NCBI GenBank assembly: GCA_000934665.2
Contig: KZ538038.1
Location: 124,001 to 172,533 of the forward strand
Source of the DNA: Catajapyx aquilonaris
Lineage: Eukaryota
Direction of reading: 5' to 3'
DNA: 48,533 bases
Shown here: positions 46,648-48,533 of the stretch, piece after piece
How the letters are laid out: each line of letters starts with the position of its first letter
How positions within the stretch are numbered: the stretch's first letter is position 1
Notes under the pieces: model-generated
Told to the model about the DNA's origin: nothing
The model's input: only the letters and a program-made list of their open reading frames with translations
Databases searched by the model: none
Translations under genes and position numbers: made by a program

Positions 46648-48533
46648 TTTTTCCCAACAGTGTTCTGTTTGTCGAATAGAACGTTGTTTTTCAGCACCGT
46701 TGTTCCGACCTGAGCCACATCTCATGTAGACACGACGCCGGCCGGTTCGACCCCCAGCAGCCCTTGCCCCGTCCGACGCTGCAAAAAGCACCGGAGAGCG
46801 TCGCCTGGATGGAACGAAAAGAGGCAAGAGGGGAACAGACAGAAAAAGAAAAGGGGAAGGCGAGTCGGCCGCCGGTTCTTCTCTCTTCTTCTCTCTCAGG
46901 TTAATGCGGGCGTCGTCGGAGTGGCGGCGCTGCTTACCCACTGCCGCCGCAGACACTCCTGACATCTACCGGCCAAACTAAAACCTCCCGCCAAATGATT
47001 CGAATCATTGTTCTTCAAATATCCAGTAGACATCCATAGGATATTCCAGGGCGATTTAAGGATGTTGCATACACTACACCGCAACAATAACAGGCAGTTT
47101 AATCATATTTTTTTTATTATGGATTTTTCATTTAGGAAAAAAAGCAATGGACTCGTCGTACATTTTTTGTCTTCAATATAATGTCGAACCCATCTCTTTT
47201 TTATCGTAATGCTTATTTACAATATTTTTGCTTTCCAACAGAGAGGGGAGGGGTTATGCAACTTATAAATCGACATGCAGAATTTAACCAGTATGCAAAA
47301 AGTACATAATCATACATAATTATACAAACGTCGTGATTTTATTTTTATTAGTCGGCTGACTACCTGATTTGAATGGCATGACGTGTAGAAAATTGTGACA
47401 CATTTTTTTCTGAATCTACTTCGAAGAACACAAATCTGCAAACAGGCATAGAAAATGAGACTAGTTATGTCAAACTATCTCCTTCCAATTGTCCTTCTAC
47501 ACAAGAAATTTACTTCGACCCCAAAAAAAACAAACAAATAAAATGTAATCATACGACATTTACTCACTAAGCTTGAGATCATAGCATTTCTTCCATGTCA
47601 GTCACTCATGACAGCTAAAAAAAAAAGTGCCGTGCTGACATATTCCATGTTCGGAAAAAGACCTGTTTCCCCCCCGCTTGTAACAACAAAATTCACACTC
47701 AAATAGGAAAAAACTTACAGGGAGAGATTTGAACAAGAAATTACCTTCACAAAATGTCAGGAGGGCACGTAACTGAAGGGCTTCGGGGGGGAAATAGTGT
47801 TGCGCACGGTTCGATGCGTCATACTTTTGTGATCACAGATTACCCGGCAGTATCGAACATAATTTACTTCGGATTCTTAAAACAAGTTGCATGATTTTAT
47901 TGTACAGTTCGACTTGGGAACAAATTAATTATGCGCCAATCACCAATGTACACCCAAGCCCTTCAATTATCCCGATCATAGGACACAATTATAAAACTGT
48001 TTACAGTAGAGATTAGACCGCACAGGCCTGCCAAAAAAATAATAATAATCTTAACGCAAAAGCCATGCACAAAATATGCAAATGGGATGACATCCTCTTC
48101 TATCAGCTTTGCGCAAAAGTGCACACAGAAATTAAAAACAAAAATAAATAAATTAAAAGAGTAAATCAGGGACTCCTTCCACAGAAATCTTGTAAGAAAA
48201 ATTGCAACCTTTTTTTTATTATTATTATTACTGTTATTATAACGCAACAAAAAAAAATGACACTGACCACAATAATAACTCATTTCGAAATAAACGTGAT
48301 TGTTTTAATTCCAAACAATGATTGAGGGTATTGAGGGAGGGGTTTGTATATGAAGTAAAAAAATTGCAAGGCAACTTAAATCACTCAACAGCCCCTGTAT
48401 AAATCACTTGTCACGAAAAAAAAAAAATTAACCTGTCCCTGGAATGAGGATATCAGGCATGTGAAAACAAAACATTTAAATATTTTTAAAAAATCACACT
48501 ATGACACTGACCTACTTACAGATGGGGGGGGGG

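Noticed and set aside
1..48533. CRISPR arrays, operons or other prokaryotic systems
   Set aside because: No regularly spaced direct repeats; spliceosomal introns show that the DNA is eukaryotic

Overview
Eukaryotic (arthropod-like) genomic window with two convergent, spliced protein-coding genes separated by ~30 kb with no recognisable coding sequence. (1) + strand 4232-5912: a 3-coding-exon type-1 tyramine/octopamine GPCR (Oct-TyrR/TAR1-like, 520 aa). (2) - strand 46647-37627: a complete 18-coding-exon exportin-7 (XPO7/RanBP16, 1096 aa), reconstructed by hand with all splice phases consistent. XPO7 intron 11 is a clear U12-type (minor spliceosome) intron. Four non-autonomous DNA-transposon-like elements (MITEs) with TIRs and TSDs are visible. 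Best leads: a 226-nt branched RNA hairpin without TSD in XPO7 intron 3; a candidate 15-nt microexon and an in-frame alternative donor in XPO7 intron 14; a possible U12 vestige in intron 8; a tRNA-like Pol III promoter inside a MITE; and MITE hairpins on both sides of the receptor CDS. All calls are by eye; no database searches or folding computations were run.
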